64,000 nucleotides of DNA from a bacterium (GCA_041690355.1 JAWLHK010000003.1:1-64000), one strand, 5' to 3'; shown: positions 38,911-49,309, counted from the first letter of the stretch. Notes: generated by a model not told the origin, from the letters alone. Made by a program: numbers and translations.

Positions 38911-40626
38911 TCAGCGCCGGGGCGGAATCTCGTCGAGCCCGAGCTGGCCGCCCGGATTCATGATGCCGTGCGGATCGAAGTGGCGTTTGAGCGCGCGCAG
39001 CACGGCCATCTGCTCGGGACCAAGGTGCGCCTCCATCCACGGCGCCAGCATGCGCCCGACGCCATGGTGGTGGCTGAGCGTGCCGCCATGCTTCACGATC
39101 TGCTCGATGATGCCGTTCTGGAAGTTCACGTACTCGTCGAGCTCCATGCGGGCAATGAAAATGAAGTAGAGATTCGTCCCCTGCGGGTAGAAGTGCGAGG
39201 CGTGGGTCATGCACATGGTCTGGGGCCGCTGCTTGACGAACGCGCGCACGCCCTGGTGCAGCCGGTGCAGGTTGTCCCAGGAGACCCCCGCTTCGAGCGT
39301 GTCGATGAGGATTCCGTAGTCGTTCAGGTCCTCACGCATGAACGGCTCGGTGTAGCGCGTCGGCTCCCACTTGCGGGCCGCGTAACTGCCAAGCGAGAGC
39401 GCGCCGTGGCGTTTCGCGACCTCTTTGATCTTGCGCGCGACGAGGCGCGTGTAATCCCGATCGCCTTCGGCCGTGCCGATGCACAGGCAGCGCTTCATCG
39501 GCGCGTAGCCGCGAAGCTTGAGAAACCGGTCGGCCACGGCGGGAACCCCGTAGAGTTTGAGGCCGCGATCGGTCTCTTCCGGATCGGAGATGCGGAACAC
39601 GGCGGGCCTTCCGAATTCCCCCTGCATGATTTCGCGGCTCGCATCGACGGCGGCTTCCCAGGAAGGGAACATGAATCCGAAGCGCTCTCGATTCATCGGT
39701 AAATGACGATAGATTCGAAGCGTGACCTCCACGAGGATACCGAACGTCCCCTCGGAGCCGATCATCATGTCGCCGACCTTGGGACCGGTGGCCGTGGCCG
39801 GGACCGCGACGGTCTTGAAGCTGCCGGCCGGCGTAACGTATTCCTGGCTGAACACGAGGTCCTTGGCATCCCCGTAGTAGGTGGAGGCCTGCCCCGATCC
39901 GAGGGTAACGACCCATCCGCCCACGGTCGAGTATTCGAAGGACTGGGGGAAGTGGCCGCAGGTATAGCGGCGCTCTGTCCCGAAGCGCTCGGGGGCATGG
40001 TTCAGGGCGTCCTCATAGGCCGGGCCGAACATCCCCGGCTGCACGCGCGCCGTCTGATTCGTCTCGTTGATCTCGAGCAGCCGGTTCATGTGCGTGCTCA
40101 GCACGAGCGAGACCCCTCCTTTGCAGGGCCGGAGCCCGAAGTTGACGGAAGAGCCGCCGCTGAAGACCGTGATCGGAATCCGCTCGCCGTGGCAGTACTC
40201 CACGATCCGGCGCACGTCGTCCTTGTCGCGCGGATGCACGACCACGTCGGCGACCTCGCGGACGATTCCCTTCCGAAGTTCGAGCACCTCTTCGGCCGTC
40301 GCGCCCGAGGCGAACTTCACGCGGCTGTAGTCATCGGTCGCCACGTTCTCGGGACCCACGATGCGGCGCAACGCCTCAATCTGTTCCGCCTTGAGGGCCG
40401 GCGGGCGGTTGAGAACCACCGGCTCGTTCCCCTCGTCGACCTTCGTGCGGAAGTCGGCCTCGGACATGCCGAACTCCTCGCGCATCATGGCCACCCAGTG
40501 ATCGCTGGGGTGCTTGAAGCGGTCGGGCGCCCCGTATTTGGCAACGGCGCGGAAAGTTCCCGCCGCAGGGGGCCGCTCGGTCCAGGAAGGGCGGAAGGAC
40601 GAAGTCTTCTTCATGACGGAACTCAC
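38911..40626 (-). CDS. FAD-binding oxidoreductase, alkyldihydroxyacetonephosphate synthase-like
   Basis: FSGGSSV, CGHFPQSFEYSTVGGW, GSEGTFG, HASHFY, SHHHGVG, DPHGIMNPG; alternative ATG at 40614. Confidence 0.85.
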   Translation of the reverse strand: MSSVMKKTSSFRPSWTERPPAAGTFRAVAKYGAPDRFKHPSDHWVAMMREEFGMSEADFRTKVDEGNEPVVLNRPPALKAEQIEALRRIVGPENVATDDYSRVKFASGATAEEVLELRKGIVREVADVVVHPRDKDDVRRIVEYCHGERIPITVFSGGSSVNFGLRPCKGGVSLVLSTHMNRLLEINETNQTARVQPGMFGPAYEDALNHAPERFGTERRYTCGHFPQSFEYSTVGGWVVTLGSGQASTYYGDAKDLVFSQEYVTPAGSFKTVAVPATATGPKVGDMMIGSEGTFGILVEVTLRIYRHLPMNRERFGFMFPSWEAAVDASREIMQGEFGRPAVFRISDPEETDRGLKLYGVPAVADRFLKLRGYAPMKRCLCIGTAEGDRDYTRLVARKIKEVAKRHGALSLGSYAARKWEPTRYTEPFMREDLNDYGILIDTLEAGVSWDNLHRLHQGVRAFVKQRPQTMCMTHASHFYPQGTNLYFIFIARMELDEYVNFQNGIIEQIVKHGGTLSHHHGVGRMLAPWMEAHLGPEQMAVLRALKRHFDPHGIMNPGGQLGLDEIPPRR

Positions 40627-40721
40627 GCAAGGGGGATCTTCACAGGGTAAACGACCGGAGCGCTCGGTTCAAACCGTGGCGCAGGCGTGCTCAGGCGACC
40701 GCTCTGATGGCGGAGTTGCGC

Positions 40722-41552
40722 TCAGCCCCTGCCGCGCGGCGCCGGCTGGCACTTCGGACAGTAGTGGGTTCCGCGCTGGCCACTAACGATGCGGCGTATC
40801 TCCGCACCGCAGCGGCGGCACGGCTCTCCTGTCCGGCCGTAGGCTTCGAGAAAGCTCTGGTGGCTCCCCTGCTCGCCCGTCCCGCCGACATAGTCGTCGA
40901 TGCTCGTGCCGCGGTTGCGGATGCCCGCTTCAAGTACATGGCGCACCGCTTCGTACAGGCGCTCCTTCTCGGGGCGCCGCAGCGTCTCGGCCCGTTTCCG
41001 GGGGTGCAGGCCCGCGCGCCACAGGGCTTCATCCGCATAGATGTTCCCCACGCCGGCGAGGAACTTCTGATCGAGGAGGAGCGCCTTGAGCATCCCTTTG
41101 CGCAACGAGAGGTGGCGCACGAACTCCTCTTCGCTCATCTCGAGCGGCTCGGGACCGAGCTTCGCCGACTCAGCCGCCCACTCTGCGGGGGTATAGAGCC
41201 AGACCCGCCCGAACTTGCGTGCGTCGTCGAAGCGGACCTCGCCCCGATCGAGCGCCAGGATGAACCGCGTGAACGCCGTGGGCGCCAACGGCTTCGCCCG
41301 GAAAGTGAGCTGCCCGGTCATCCGCAGCGACATCACGAGCAGCCGCTCGTCGTCGAGGCGGAACAGGATTCGCTTGGCCCGCCGGCCGACCCCCTCGATG
41401 CGGCGGCCGGCCAGCGCAGCGTCAAGCTCTGCCGGAGGATGGGTCGCGAAGGTACGCTCCCAGTTCCAGTAGCGCAAGCCGCGGATGCGGCGTCCGGTCA
41501 CGTGGGGCCGCACGTCGCGGACGATGGTTTCGACTTCGGGAAGCTCGGGCAT
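40722..41552 (-). CDS. mutM: Formamidopyrimidine-DNA glycosylase
   Basis: MPELPEVE N-terminus, LRMTG, GVGNIYADE, C-terminal CRRC..CPKCQ zinc finger. Confidence 0.97.
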   Translation of the reverse strand: MPELPEVETIVRDVRPHVTGRRIRGLRYWNWERTFATHPPAELDAALAGRRIEGVGRRAKRILFRLDDERLLVMSLRMTGQLTFRAKPLAPTAFTRFILALDRGEVRFDDARKFGRVWLYTPAEWAAESAKLGPEPLEMSEEEFVRHLSLRKGMLKALLLDQKFLAGVGNIYADEALWRAGLHPRKRAETLRRPEKERLYEAVRHVLEAGIRNRGTSIDDYVGGTGEQGSHQSFLEAYGRTGEPCRRCGAEIRRIVSGQRGTHYCPKCQPAPRGRG

Positions 41553-41630
41553 GGGCGTCTCGAAAAACGAAACCCCTGCCTGCAACAAGGATGCAGACAG
41601 GGGAATCGAGAGGAGAAAAACGAAGAAAAA

Positions 41631-42125
41631 TCAGTTGCCGCCGGTCAGCATGCCTCGCAGCTGGTGCTCGACGCTGTTTTCAGCGGATTCAAGCACGATC
41701 GAGAGCTCCTTCGTGAGCAGCGTCAGCGCCGTGTCGAGCAGCTTGCGCTCGCCGAAAGAAAGCTCCTTGTCGGTCTTGAGCAGAAAGAGGTCGCGAAGCA
41801 CTTCGGCGATGTCGAAGACCGAGCCGCTCTTGAGCTTCGTGTTGTAATCGCGGAACCGCTTGTTCCACGTCTGGTGGTCGGGAATCCGGCCGTCGGGCTT
41901 CTTCTTGAGGATATCGAAGACGCGGGGGACTTCGTCTTCGGCGATCAGCTTGCGCAGGCCGACCTGCTTGGCGTTCGTCGTGGGGATGCGAATCGTGGTG
42001 TCTTTGCCGAGAATGCGAAGGACGTAGAATTTGACGTGATGGCCGGCCACGAGCTTGCCCTCGATGGCATCAACCTTGCCGACCCCCTGGGCCGGATAAA
42101 CTGCCAGGTCACCTACTTTGAACAT
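41631..42125 (-). CDS. CarD/CdnL family RNA-polymerase-binding regulator (164 aa)
   Basis: FKVGDLAVYPAQGVG, QTWNKRFRDY, KELSFGERKLL; no HMGA-like tail, so CdnL-like. Confidence 0.93.
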   Translation of the reverse strand: MFKVGDLAVYPAQGVGKVDAIEGKLVAGHHVKFYVLRILGKDTTIRIPTTNAKQVGLRKLIAEDEVPRVFDILKKKPDGRIPDHQTWNKRFRDYNTKLKSGSVFDIAEVLRDLFLLKTDKELSFGERKLLDTALTLLTKELSIVLESAENSVEHQLRGMLTGGN

Positions 42126-42172
42126 GCGCCCCCCACATGGTACTGGGTGAATGAGGAAGAGGAATGTCAAAC

Positions 42173-42201
42173 AGGGTATCAGACGCGGACCGGGAGGTCA
42201 A
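42173..42201 (-). promoter_or_regulatory. Sigma70-type promoter of the cdnL-like gene
   Basis: TTGACC-N17-TACCCT with TG extension. Confidence 0.55.
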
Positions 42202-42350
42202 AACAAACTGCGCTGACCCCGAGACCCGCAGCCCCGCTTCTGATGCGGGTTTGCGCTACGCGGCGCGTCATTTATGACGCAGTGCATATGAGAAACTTAT
42301 TGCCAAAGTTGCCACAGCTGTTAGACTGAAAAGCACAGGAGGTCGCCGCT

Positions 42351-42641
42351 GTGGATAACGAGCTTCAGGTTCATGTTCGCCTGATCGTCCCGCGTACCCC
42401 CCGGAAAGGGGCCGATATGCGTACCCCTCTGTACGTGACGGTGCTCGGGTATTTTGCCCGGCAGGGGTTCTCACTGCAGCTCCACGAGCGCCTGCTGAGG
42501 CTGTCGGTCGAGGTACCCGCCGTCCTGGATGCCACGCTTCCTTCGACGGCTCTCGATGCCTTTCTCCGGGACTTCCCCGACGCCCATCGGGTCCTGATCA
42601 CACGCCGCCCGGCCGCCGCAGAACTTCGCGCCGCCGCCTGA
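42351..42641 (+). CDS. Small hypothetical protein (96 aa)
   Basis: AGGAGG 8 nt upstream of GTG; fills an otherwise empty gap; no recognisable family. Confidence 0.45.
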   Translation: MDNELQVHVRLIVPRTPRKGADMRTPLYVTVLGYFARQGFSLQLHERLLRLSVEVPAVLDATLPSTALDAFLRDFPDAHRVLITRRPAAAELRAAA

Positions 42642-42732
42642 CGTTTTCCCTCGTTGCCATTGCCTGCCACTCGCCCGCATGGGCCGGGTTCGCCTTTCTG
42701 CGTCATTTCGGGCACTGCCTCCTGCAATCGCC

Positions 42733-42812
42733 TTGACAGGTTTTCCGGCGAGGGGTACCCTTGTCCTTTGCCGCTGAACGTACGTTCAGTGAACTGACTA
42801 AACATTCAGTCA
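42733..42812 (+). promoter_or_regulatory. Promoter and palindromic operators of the TetR-RND operon
   Basis: TTGACA-N17-TACCCT; perfect palindrome CTGAACGTACGTTCAG at 42774-42789; TGACTAAACATTCAGTCA at 42795-42812. Confidence 0.7.
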
Positions 42813-42819
42813 CATTGCC

Positions 42820-43440
42820 ATGGCCCAGGTTCCCAGCAAAGAAGACGTTCTCAAGCAGTACCGTGAAGACGGAATCACGGACGCTACGCGGCGCGTCATC
42901 GCACAGGAGGGGTTCGCCGCCCTTACCATCGAGCGCGTCGCCGAACTGGCGAACATCTCGAAGGGGACCATTTACCTTTACTTCAAGAACAAAGACGATT
43001 TGATTCAGGCGACCGTCACCGACACGTTCCGCCAGATCATCGCCCGCCTTTCGGTGGCGCAGCCCCCCGAACTCCCCTTCCCCGAACGGCTGCGCGCGCT
43101 CATCCGCCTGCAGCTGCAGCAGTTCGAGACGAACCAGGCTTTCTTCAGGGCGCTCATGGCCGATCGGCGTTACCTGCCGCAGGCCGACAATCAGGAAGAC
43201 TGCACGGTGCAGCTGCACCTGCAGCTTCTGTCCATCTTCGCCGACGTGATTCGCGAGGGGCAGGCTGGCGGTTTCGTCCGGCCCGAGGTCGACCCCGACG
43301 AAGCGGCCTTTTTTCTCTTTCAGTTGATCTCCGGCTCGAGCATGCGGCACCTGCTCGGCTTTTCGAACCGAACGCTCGGCGAGTCCGTCGAGGTTCTCCT
43401 GACCTACCTTTTTTCCGGCATCAGCACTCGCGGAGTCTGA
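42820..43440 (+). CDS. TetR/AcrR family regulator
   Basis: GFAALTIERVAELANISKGTIYLYFKNKDDL. Confidence 0.95.
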   Translation: MAQVPSKEDVLKQYREDGITDATRRVIAQEGFAALTIERVAELANISKGTIYLYFKNKDDLIQATVTDTFRQIIARLSVAQPPELPFPERLRALIRLQLQQFETNQAFFRALMADRRYLPQADNQEDCTVQLHLQLLSIFADVIREGQAGGFVRPEVDPDEAAFFLFQLISGSSMRHLLGFSNRTLGESVEVLLTYLFSGISTRGV

Positions 43441-43443
43441 CCC

Positions 43444-44880
43444 ATGCGCATGTTCCCTCTCGTCATCCTGTCGCTCGCGCTTCTGGCCGCCCCTGCCCGG
43501 GCGGGCGCACAGACGCTCACCCTCGAAGAAGCCTTCAGGGTGGCTCTCGCCAACAACTACAACCTGCGCGCCGCGCGCGAAGGGGTCGATCAGGCCTACA
43601 TCCAGCGCCGCAAGGCATGGTCGATCATGGGACCCACCGTTTCGGCCCAGGCCTCGCACAGCTGGAACAACGAGGTCACGGCGCAGCTTCCGGTCAACGA
43701 CCCGCGCCAGCCCGTTCTGATCAGCCAGGCGGGTCCCGGCGGCTGTACGCCCGGCGCCGTCACCCAGCCGACCCCGATCGTATCGGGTCCCGCCTGCGTG
43801 TTCAGCCAGCCGTCATTTCAGGACATTGTCGTGCGGCCGGGCACGTCGCAGGCCGTTTCGCTGAACGGCACGCAGCCGATTTTCGTCGGTCAGTTCTTTC
43901 CGGCGCTCTCGGCCGCCAACGACTCGATCCGCATGGCGCGGGCCAACGTCGAAAGCGCCCAGGAGACCGTGCTCTACAACGTCGCCAGCCTCTATTTCAA
44001 CACGGTGGCCGCCGAGCAGTTCACGGCGCTCAACCGCCAGAGCTTCGCAAACCTGCGCGAGCACCTGGCGGCGGCCCAGACCCGCTTCGAGGTCGGCCAG
44101 ATCCCGCGCCTCGGCGTGCTGCAGGCCCAGATCGAGCTGACCCGCGCCGAAGCGGCCCTGCTGCGCTCCGACAACGATCACCGCAACGCGCGCGCTGCGC
44201 TTGCCAATCTGCTCGGCGTGGCTGAGATCGGCACCCTGCAGGCTCCCGAAGAGCTCGTCGCGCAACAGATCACCTACGAATTCCCCGAGAATCCGACCGA
44301 TGCCGCGCTTTCGAACCGCGCCGACCTGCAGGCGACGGCCGAGCAGCTCGAGATGGCCCGCTCGGGGCGCACGGCCAACTGGATGAAGTTCGCCCCCAGC
44401 CTCGTCGCCAACGGCCAATACCAGAAGAACACCGACCCCGGCGCCTTCGGGGCCGCCGACAATTGGACGGTCATGCTCGTTCTGAACGTGCCCATCATCC
44501 AGGCGGGGACGCGTGTCTTCGACCTGCAGGAAAGCTGGTCGCGCATCCGGCAGGCCGAGGTCATGCTCGAAGCCAAGAAGAACGAGGTCCGGCTCGACGT
44601 GCAGACCACCAGGTCGAATCTCGATGTGACCCGTCGCAACCTGACGGTCGCCGAACAGCAGCGGCAACTGGCGCAGGAAAACTACGCCATCGCCCGCGTC
44701 AGCTTCGAAAACGGTCTGGCGACCAGCCTCGACGTGATCGACGCCAATCAGGCGCTGCTGGGGGCCGAAATCAATTTCCTTCGCGAACAGCTCAATCTGC
44801 GCCTCGATACGCTCAATTACCTGCGCGCGGTCGGGCTGCTGCGCGAACGCATCATCGGCGGCGAAGCCGCAGAGGGTTGA
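43444..44880 (+). CDS. TolC family outer-membrane efflux protein
   Basis: Signal peptide, LTLEEA...NN..L, RFEVG, FENGLATSLDVIDA. Confidence 0.92.
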   Translation: MRMFPLVILSLALLAAPARAGAQTLTLEEAFRVALANNYNLRAAREGVDQAYIQRRKAWSIMGPTVSAQASHSWNNEVTAQLPVNDPRQPVLISQAGPGGCTPGAVTQPTPIVSGPACVFSQPSFQDIVVRPGTSQAVSLNGTQPIFVGQFFPALSAANDSIRMARANVESAQETVLYNVASLYFNTVAAEQFTALNRQSFANLREHLAAAQTRFEVGQIPRLGVLQAQIELTRAEAALLRSDNDHRNARAALANLLGVAEIGTLQAPEELVAQQITYEFPENPTDAALSNRADLQATAEQLEMARSGRTANWMKFAPSLVANGQYQKNTDPGAFGAADNWTVMLVLNVPIIQAGTRVFDLQESWSRIRQAEVMLEAKKNEVRLDVQTTRSNLDVTRRNLTVAEQQRQLAQENYAIARVSFENGLATSLDVIDANQALLGAEINFLREQLNLRLDTLNYLRAVGLLRERIIGGEAAEG

Positions 44881-44883
44881 TCC

Positions 44884-46008
44884 ATGAAAAAAATCGTCCT
44901 TATCGTTTCGGTTCTGGCGGTCGCCGGACTCTTCGTCTTCCGGGTCGTCCAGGCCCGCAACAACGCCCGCCCGGCCGCGGTCGAGGAGAAGGTGTTTACG
45001 GTCGAGACCGCCACCATCGCGACCCGCGACGTGCCGCGGCTCATCATTCTCACCGGTAACGTCAAGCCGGAACTCGAAGTCGACGTCGCCCCCAAGGTGG
45101 GCGGCCGCATTGAGTCGATTCGCGCCGATTTGGGCGATGCGGTCAAGAAGGGCGCCGCGCTGGCCGTGATCGAGCACCGCGAGACAGAGCTGCAGGTGCA
45201 GCAGGCCGAGGCCGGCGCCGACGCTGCGCGGGTCGCCTACGAAAACGCCCGGGACGAATATGCCCGCGGCGAAAAGCTTCAGGAAGCCGGCGCCGTCAGC
45301 GACAGCCAGCTCGACGCCATGCGTCTGCGCCGCGACGCCGCCCACGCCCAGTTCAAACAGGCCGACGCCGCCCTTGCCCTGGCCCGCGAATCGCTGGCCA
45401 ACAGCACCATACGCAGCCCCATCGACGGGGTCGTCACCAAGAAGACCATCAGCCTGGGCCAGCTCGTCGGCCCCGGCCAACCCGCCTTCCAGGTGCAGAA
45501 GTCCGATACGGTCAAGTTCACGGCCGGCGTCGACGCCGCTCAGTTCCGCTTCGTGAAGAAGGGGATGCCGGTCGCCGTGAGCGTCGACGGCTATCCCGAT
45601 GAGAAATTCACGGGTAGGATCGCCCGCATCGCACCGACGCTCGACCCCGTCACCCGGCGCGCGACCGTCGAGGTTGAAATCGATAATCCCGACCACCGGC
45701 TGCTTCCGCACATGTTCGCCAACGGCGCGGTCGAGATCGGCCGCCTTGAAAACGCCATCGCCGTTCCCGCCCCGGCAGTCCTGCGCAACGGGGAGGAGCG
45801 GACGATTTTCGTTGCCGACGGCAACGTCGCCCGCAAGCGCAGCGTCCAGATCGCCTTTGCCGACGAGCGGGTGGCCGTCATTGCCAAAGGGGCCGCGACC
45901 GGCGAGGCCCTCATCGTCGCCGGCCAGCACCGGCTGAGCGACGGCGACCGGATCAACGTGCGCCAGGCGGCCGCCGCCGACGCCGAGTCGACCGCTGTCG
46001 GTCAGTAA
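44884..46008 (+). CDS. RND efflux periplasmic adaptor (MFP)
   Basis: VGGRIESI..DLGDAVKKG, IRSPIDGVV, IAPTLDPVTR. Confidence 0.93.
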   Translation: MKKIVLIVSVLAVAGLFVFRVVQARNNARPAAVEEKVFTVETATIATRDVPRLIILTGNVKPELEVDVAPKVGGRIESIRADLGDAVKKGAALAVIEHRETELQVQQAEAGADAARVAYENARDEYARGEKLQEAGAVSDSQLDAMRLRRDAAHAQFKQADAALALARESLANSTIRSPIDGVVTKKTISLGQLVGPGQPAFQVQKSDTVKFTAGVDAAQFRFVKKGMPVAVSVDGYPDEKFTGRIARIAPTLDPVTRRATVEVEIDNPDHRLLPHMFANGAVEIGRLENAIAVPAPAVLRNGEERTIFVADGNVARKRSVQIAFADERVAVIAKGAATGEALIVAGQHRLSDGDRINVRQAAAADAESTAVGQ

Positions 46009-46032
46009 GCCCTCGAATCAAGGAAGCCGTTC

Positions 46033-49000
46033 ATGACCCTCAGTGACGTAGCCATTCGACGCCCCGTCTTCACCACCATGATCGCCCTGGCGATGATGGT
46101 GCTCGGAGGCATCGGCTATCGCTTTCTCGGCGTCGATCTCTTTCCCGACATCAGCTTTCCCGTCGTCGTCATCAACGTCCCCTACCCCGGTGCGAGCCCC
46201 GAGGAGGTCGAGCAGCTGGTGACCAAGCCGATCGAGGATGCCGTCGCCTCAATCAATGGCGTCGACATTCTGAAGAGCTTCTCCCGCGACTCCTTCGGCA
46301 CCGTCGTCATCATGTTCAAGATGGAGACCGACGTGAAGATGGCCGCCGTCGACGTGCGCGACAAAATCGCCTCGATCCGACGGAACCTTCCGGCCGACAT
46401 CGACGAGCCGATCATCTCCCGCGTCGACCCCTCGCAGCAGGCGATCATTACCTACACGGTGCGCTCGAATCAGAGCGCCTATGAGACGCGGAAGATCGTC
46501 GATGATCTCGTCAAACCTGCGCTCGAGCAGGTGCCCGGGGTCGGCAGCGTCCTGGTTCAGGGCGGCGAGGTACGCGAAATCCAGATCAACCTCGACGGTT
46601 CCAAGCTTCTCGCCCTGGGTCTCACCCCGACGGCGGTCACCCGCCTTCTGGCGGCGCAGAACCTGAACGTGCCCGCGGGCCGCCTGGATGACGGCCGCAC
46701 CGAGATTTCCGTGCGCACGATGGGCCAGTTCCGCTCGGTCGACGAGATTGCCAATGCGCCGCTGCTCAGCATGAATGGTTCGACCATTCGCGTGCAGGAC
46801 ATCGGCACCGTGGTCGACGGCTTCGAAGAAAAGCGCCTCATTACCCGGACCGATGGCGTCGAATCGGTCTCGCTGGGCATTCAGAAGAACTCCGGCGAAA
46901 ACACGGTCGCGGTCGTCGAACGCATCAAGACCCGGCTCGCGAAACTCGAGAAGGAGCTACCCGAAGGGATCGTCTTTACGGAAATCCTCGATCAGTCCGT
47001 CTTCATCAAGTCGAACGCCGCCAGTGTCGAAGAGCACATCGTCTTCGGCGGTCTGATGGCGATCCTCATCATCTTCATCTTCATGCTCGACTGGCGCTCG
47101 ACCCTCATCACGTCGCTCGCGCTGCCGACCTCGGTGGTCATGACCTTCTTCGTCATGTACCTGATGGACTTCACCCTCAACATGATGTCGCTGCTGGGGC
47201 TCAGTCTGGCCATCGGGATACTCATCGACGACGCCGTGGTCGTCCGCGAAAACATCTTCCGCCATCTGGAGATGGGCAAGGATCCGGTCACGGCGGCCAG
47301 CGACGGCACGAGTGAAATCGCGCTCGCCGTGCTGGCGACTTCGGCGACGGTCATCGCCGTCTTCGTACCCGTCGCCTTCATGAAGGGGATGGTCGGTCAG
47401 TTCTTCAAGCAGTTCGGCATCACGGTGGCCGCTGCGGTAGCCGTATCGACCTTCGTCGCCTTTACCATCGACCCCATGCTCTCGGCGCGCCTCGTGAAGA
47501 AGGTCAAGCCGGGCGATCACGAACGGGCCATGCAGCACTGGTTTTTCGGTCGCTTTCACCGCGGCTTCCAGGCGTTGGACGACTCGTACCGCCGGATTCT
47601 TGAATGGAGCCTCGCGCACAAGTTCACGGTCGTGGGCGTGGCGACGGCCATGTTCTTCGGCAGCCTGTTCGTCGCAGGAATCATGGGCAAGGAGTTCGCT
47701 CCGGTCGAGGACCGCGGTCAGTTCACGGTTTTTCTCGAACTTCCGGCCGACGCGAGCCTGCAGGAAACCGATGCCGTGACGCGCAAAGCCGAGACGCTCA
47801 TCCAGCGGAATAAGGACATCGTGCACCTCTATTCGCTTGTCGGTTCGCCCTCTGAATCGGGCACGACTCTCGAGGCGAACAAAGCGACCATCCGCGTACT
47901 CGCCACAGACAAGAGCGAGCGCGATGCGACCTTCCAGGACTTGAAGGACGATGTTCGCAAGCGGCTCGCTTCGCTGGCCGGCGTGCGCTTTACGGTCGCC
48001 GACCCGGCCTTCGTCGAGGGGGCGACCGAAGCGCCCATTCAGCTCTATGTACGCGGTCAGGACTACGATCGGCTGGCTGACATCACCGGCCAACTGACCG
48101 CGTCCCTCCAGAAAGTCGCGGGTATCCGTGACGTCACGAGCAGTTTCGTGCCGGGCAAGCCTGAGTACCAGGTACGGATCAATCGCGACAGCGCCGCGGC
48201 GCTCGGCGTCAACATCGCCGAGGTCGGTATGAGTCTGCGCGCCGCCGTCGAAGGAGACACGACGAACAAACTGCGCGTCGGCGAAGACGAATACGACGTA
48301 CGCGTACGTCTGTCGCCCGAGCAGCGCAACAATGCCATGCTGCTCGCGAACCTTTCGGTACCCTCGTCGCAGGGGCGCTCGGTCAAGGTGAACGAGTTCG
48401 CCGAGATCGTCCCTGGCAGCGGCCCGGCGACCGTCGAGCGCGAGAATCGTCAGCGGCAGATCTCCCTCGGTGTCTACATCGGCGACCGCTCGCTCGGCGA
48501 CATCGTCAATGACGTGAACGCCATCATTGCCGGCATGGAGCTGCCCGCCGGCTACCAGATCGTCATCGGGGGCATGGCCGAACGCATGGCCGAGTCCTTC
48601 GAAAACCTTGGACTGGCCCTGCTGCTCGCCGTCATTTTCATTTACTTCGTACTCGCCAGCCAGTTCGAGAGTTTCATCCATCCGTTCACAATCATGATCG
48701 CCCTGCCCCTGGCCATCGTCGGCGCGTTCGTCACGCTCTTTCTGGCCGGTCAGAACCTGGGCATGGCGGCCATGATCGGCGTCATTCTGCTCATGGGCCT
48801 GGTGACCAAGAACTCGATTCTGCTCATCGACTATACGATTCAGCTTCAGGATCGGGGCATGGGCGTCGTCGAAGCGCTCATGGAAGCGGGGCCGACCCGG
48901 TTGCGACCGATTCTCATGACGAGCGCCGCCATCGTGCTGGGCATGCTTCCGACGGCCGTTCTCGACGCCCCCGGTTCCGAGTTCCGCTCGCCCATGGCGG

Positions 49001-49167
49001 TAGCGGTCATCGGCGGCGTCATCACGAGTACCTTTCTATCGCTCGTCGTCGTGCCCGTCGTCTACATCTGGATGGATCGCTTCACCATCAAGAAGAAGGT
49101 GGATACGAGCGAAATCGGACACCATCACGACACGCACCATCCGCATCACCCGGCTGAATCCGTGTGA
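46033..49167 (+). CDS. RND efflux permease (AcrB/HAE1 family)
   Basis: IRRPVF, GILIDDAVVVREN, GLVTKNSILL, RLRPILMT. Confidence 0.96.
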   Translation: MTLSDVAIRRPVFTTMIALAMMVLGGIGYRFLGVDLFPDISFPVVVINVPYPGASPEEVEQLVTKPIEDAVASINGVDILKSFSRDSFGTVVIMFKMETDVKMAAVDVRDKIASIRRNLPADIDEPIISRVDPSQQAIITYTVRSNQSAYETRKIVDDLVKPALEQVPGVGSVLVQGGEVREIQINLDGSKLLALGLTPTAVTRLLAAQNLNVPAGRLDDGRTEISVRTMGQFRSVDEIANAPLLSMNGSTIRVQDIGTVVDGFEEKRLITRTDGVESVSLGIQKNSGENTVAVVERIKTRLAKLEKELPEGIVFTEILDQSVFIKSNAASVEEHIVFGGLMAILIIFIFMLDWRSTLITSLALPTSVVMTFFVMYLMDFTLNMMSLLGLSLAIGILIDDAVVVRENIFRHLEMGKDPVTAASDGTSEIALAVLATSATVIAVFVPVAFMKGMVGQFFKQFGITVAAAVAVSTFVAFTIDPMLSARLVKKVKPGDHERAMQHWFFGRFHRGFQALDDSYRRILEWSLAHKFTVVGVATAMFFGSLFVAGIMGKEFAPVEDRGQFTVFLELPADASLQETDAVTRKAETLIQRNKDIVHLYSLVGSPSESGTTLEANKATIRVLATDKSERDATFQDLKDDVRKRLASLAGVRFTVADPAFVEGATEAPIQLYVRGQDYDRLADITGQLTASLQKVAGIRDVTSSFVPGKPEYQVRINRDSAAALGVNIAEVGMSLRAAVEGDTTNKLRVGEDEYDVRVRLSPEQRNNAMLLANLSVPSSQGRSVKVNEFAEIVPGSGPATVERENRQRQISLGVYIGDRSLGDIVNDVNAIIAGMELPAGYQIVIGGMAERMAESFENLGLALLLAVIFIYFVLASQFESFIHPFTIMIALPLAIVGAFVTLFLAGQNLGMAAMIGVILLMGLVTKNSILLIDYTIQLQDRGMGVVEALMEAGPTRLRPILMTSAAIVLGMLPTAVLDAPGSEFRSPMAVAVIGGVITSTFLSLVVVPVVYIWMDRFTIKKKVDTSEIGHHHDTHHPHHPAESV

Positions 49168-49191
49168 CCGAACGTTTCTCCTCCATGCACT

Positions 49192-49224
49192 GACCAAGCG
49201 GGCTTCGGCCCGCTTGGTCTTTTT
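49192..49224 (+). terminator. Intrinsic terminator
   Basis: GACCAAGCGGGC-TTCG-GCCCGCTTGGTC followed by TTTTT. Confidence 0.9.
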
Positions 49225-49309
49225 CGGCGCCCCACGCATGCGCTGACGGAGGTGCCGCCGCCCCCACGCCGAATGGCGCACCGGGCGGTCGCCCCGGTAA
49301 GCTGTAGCC

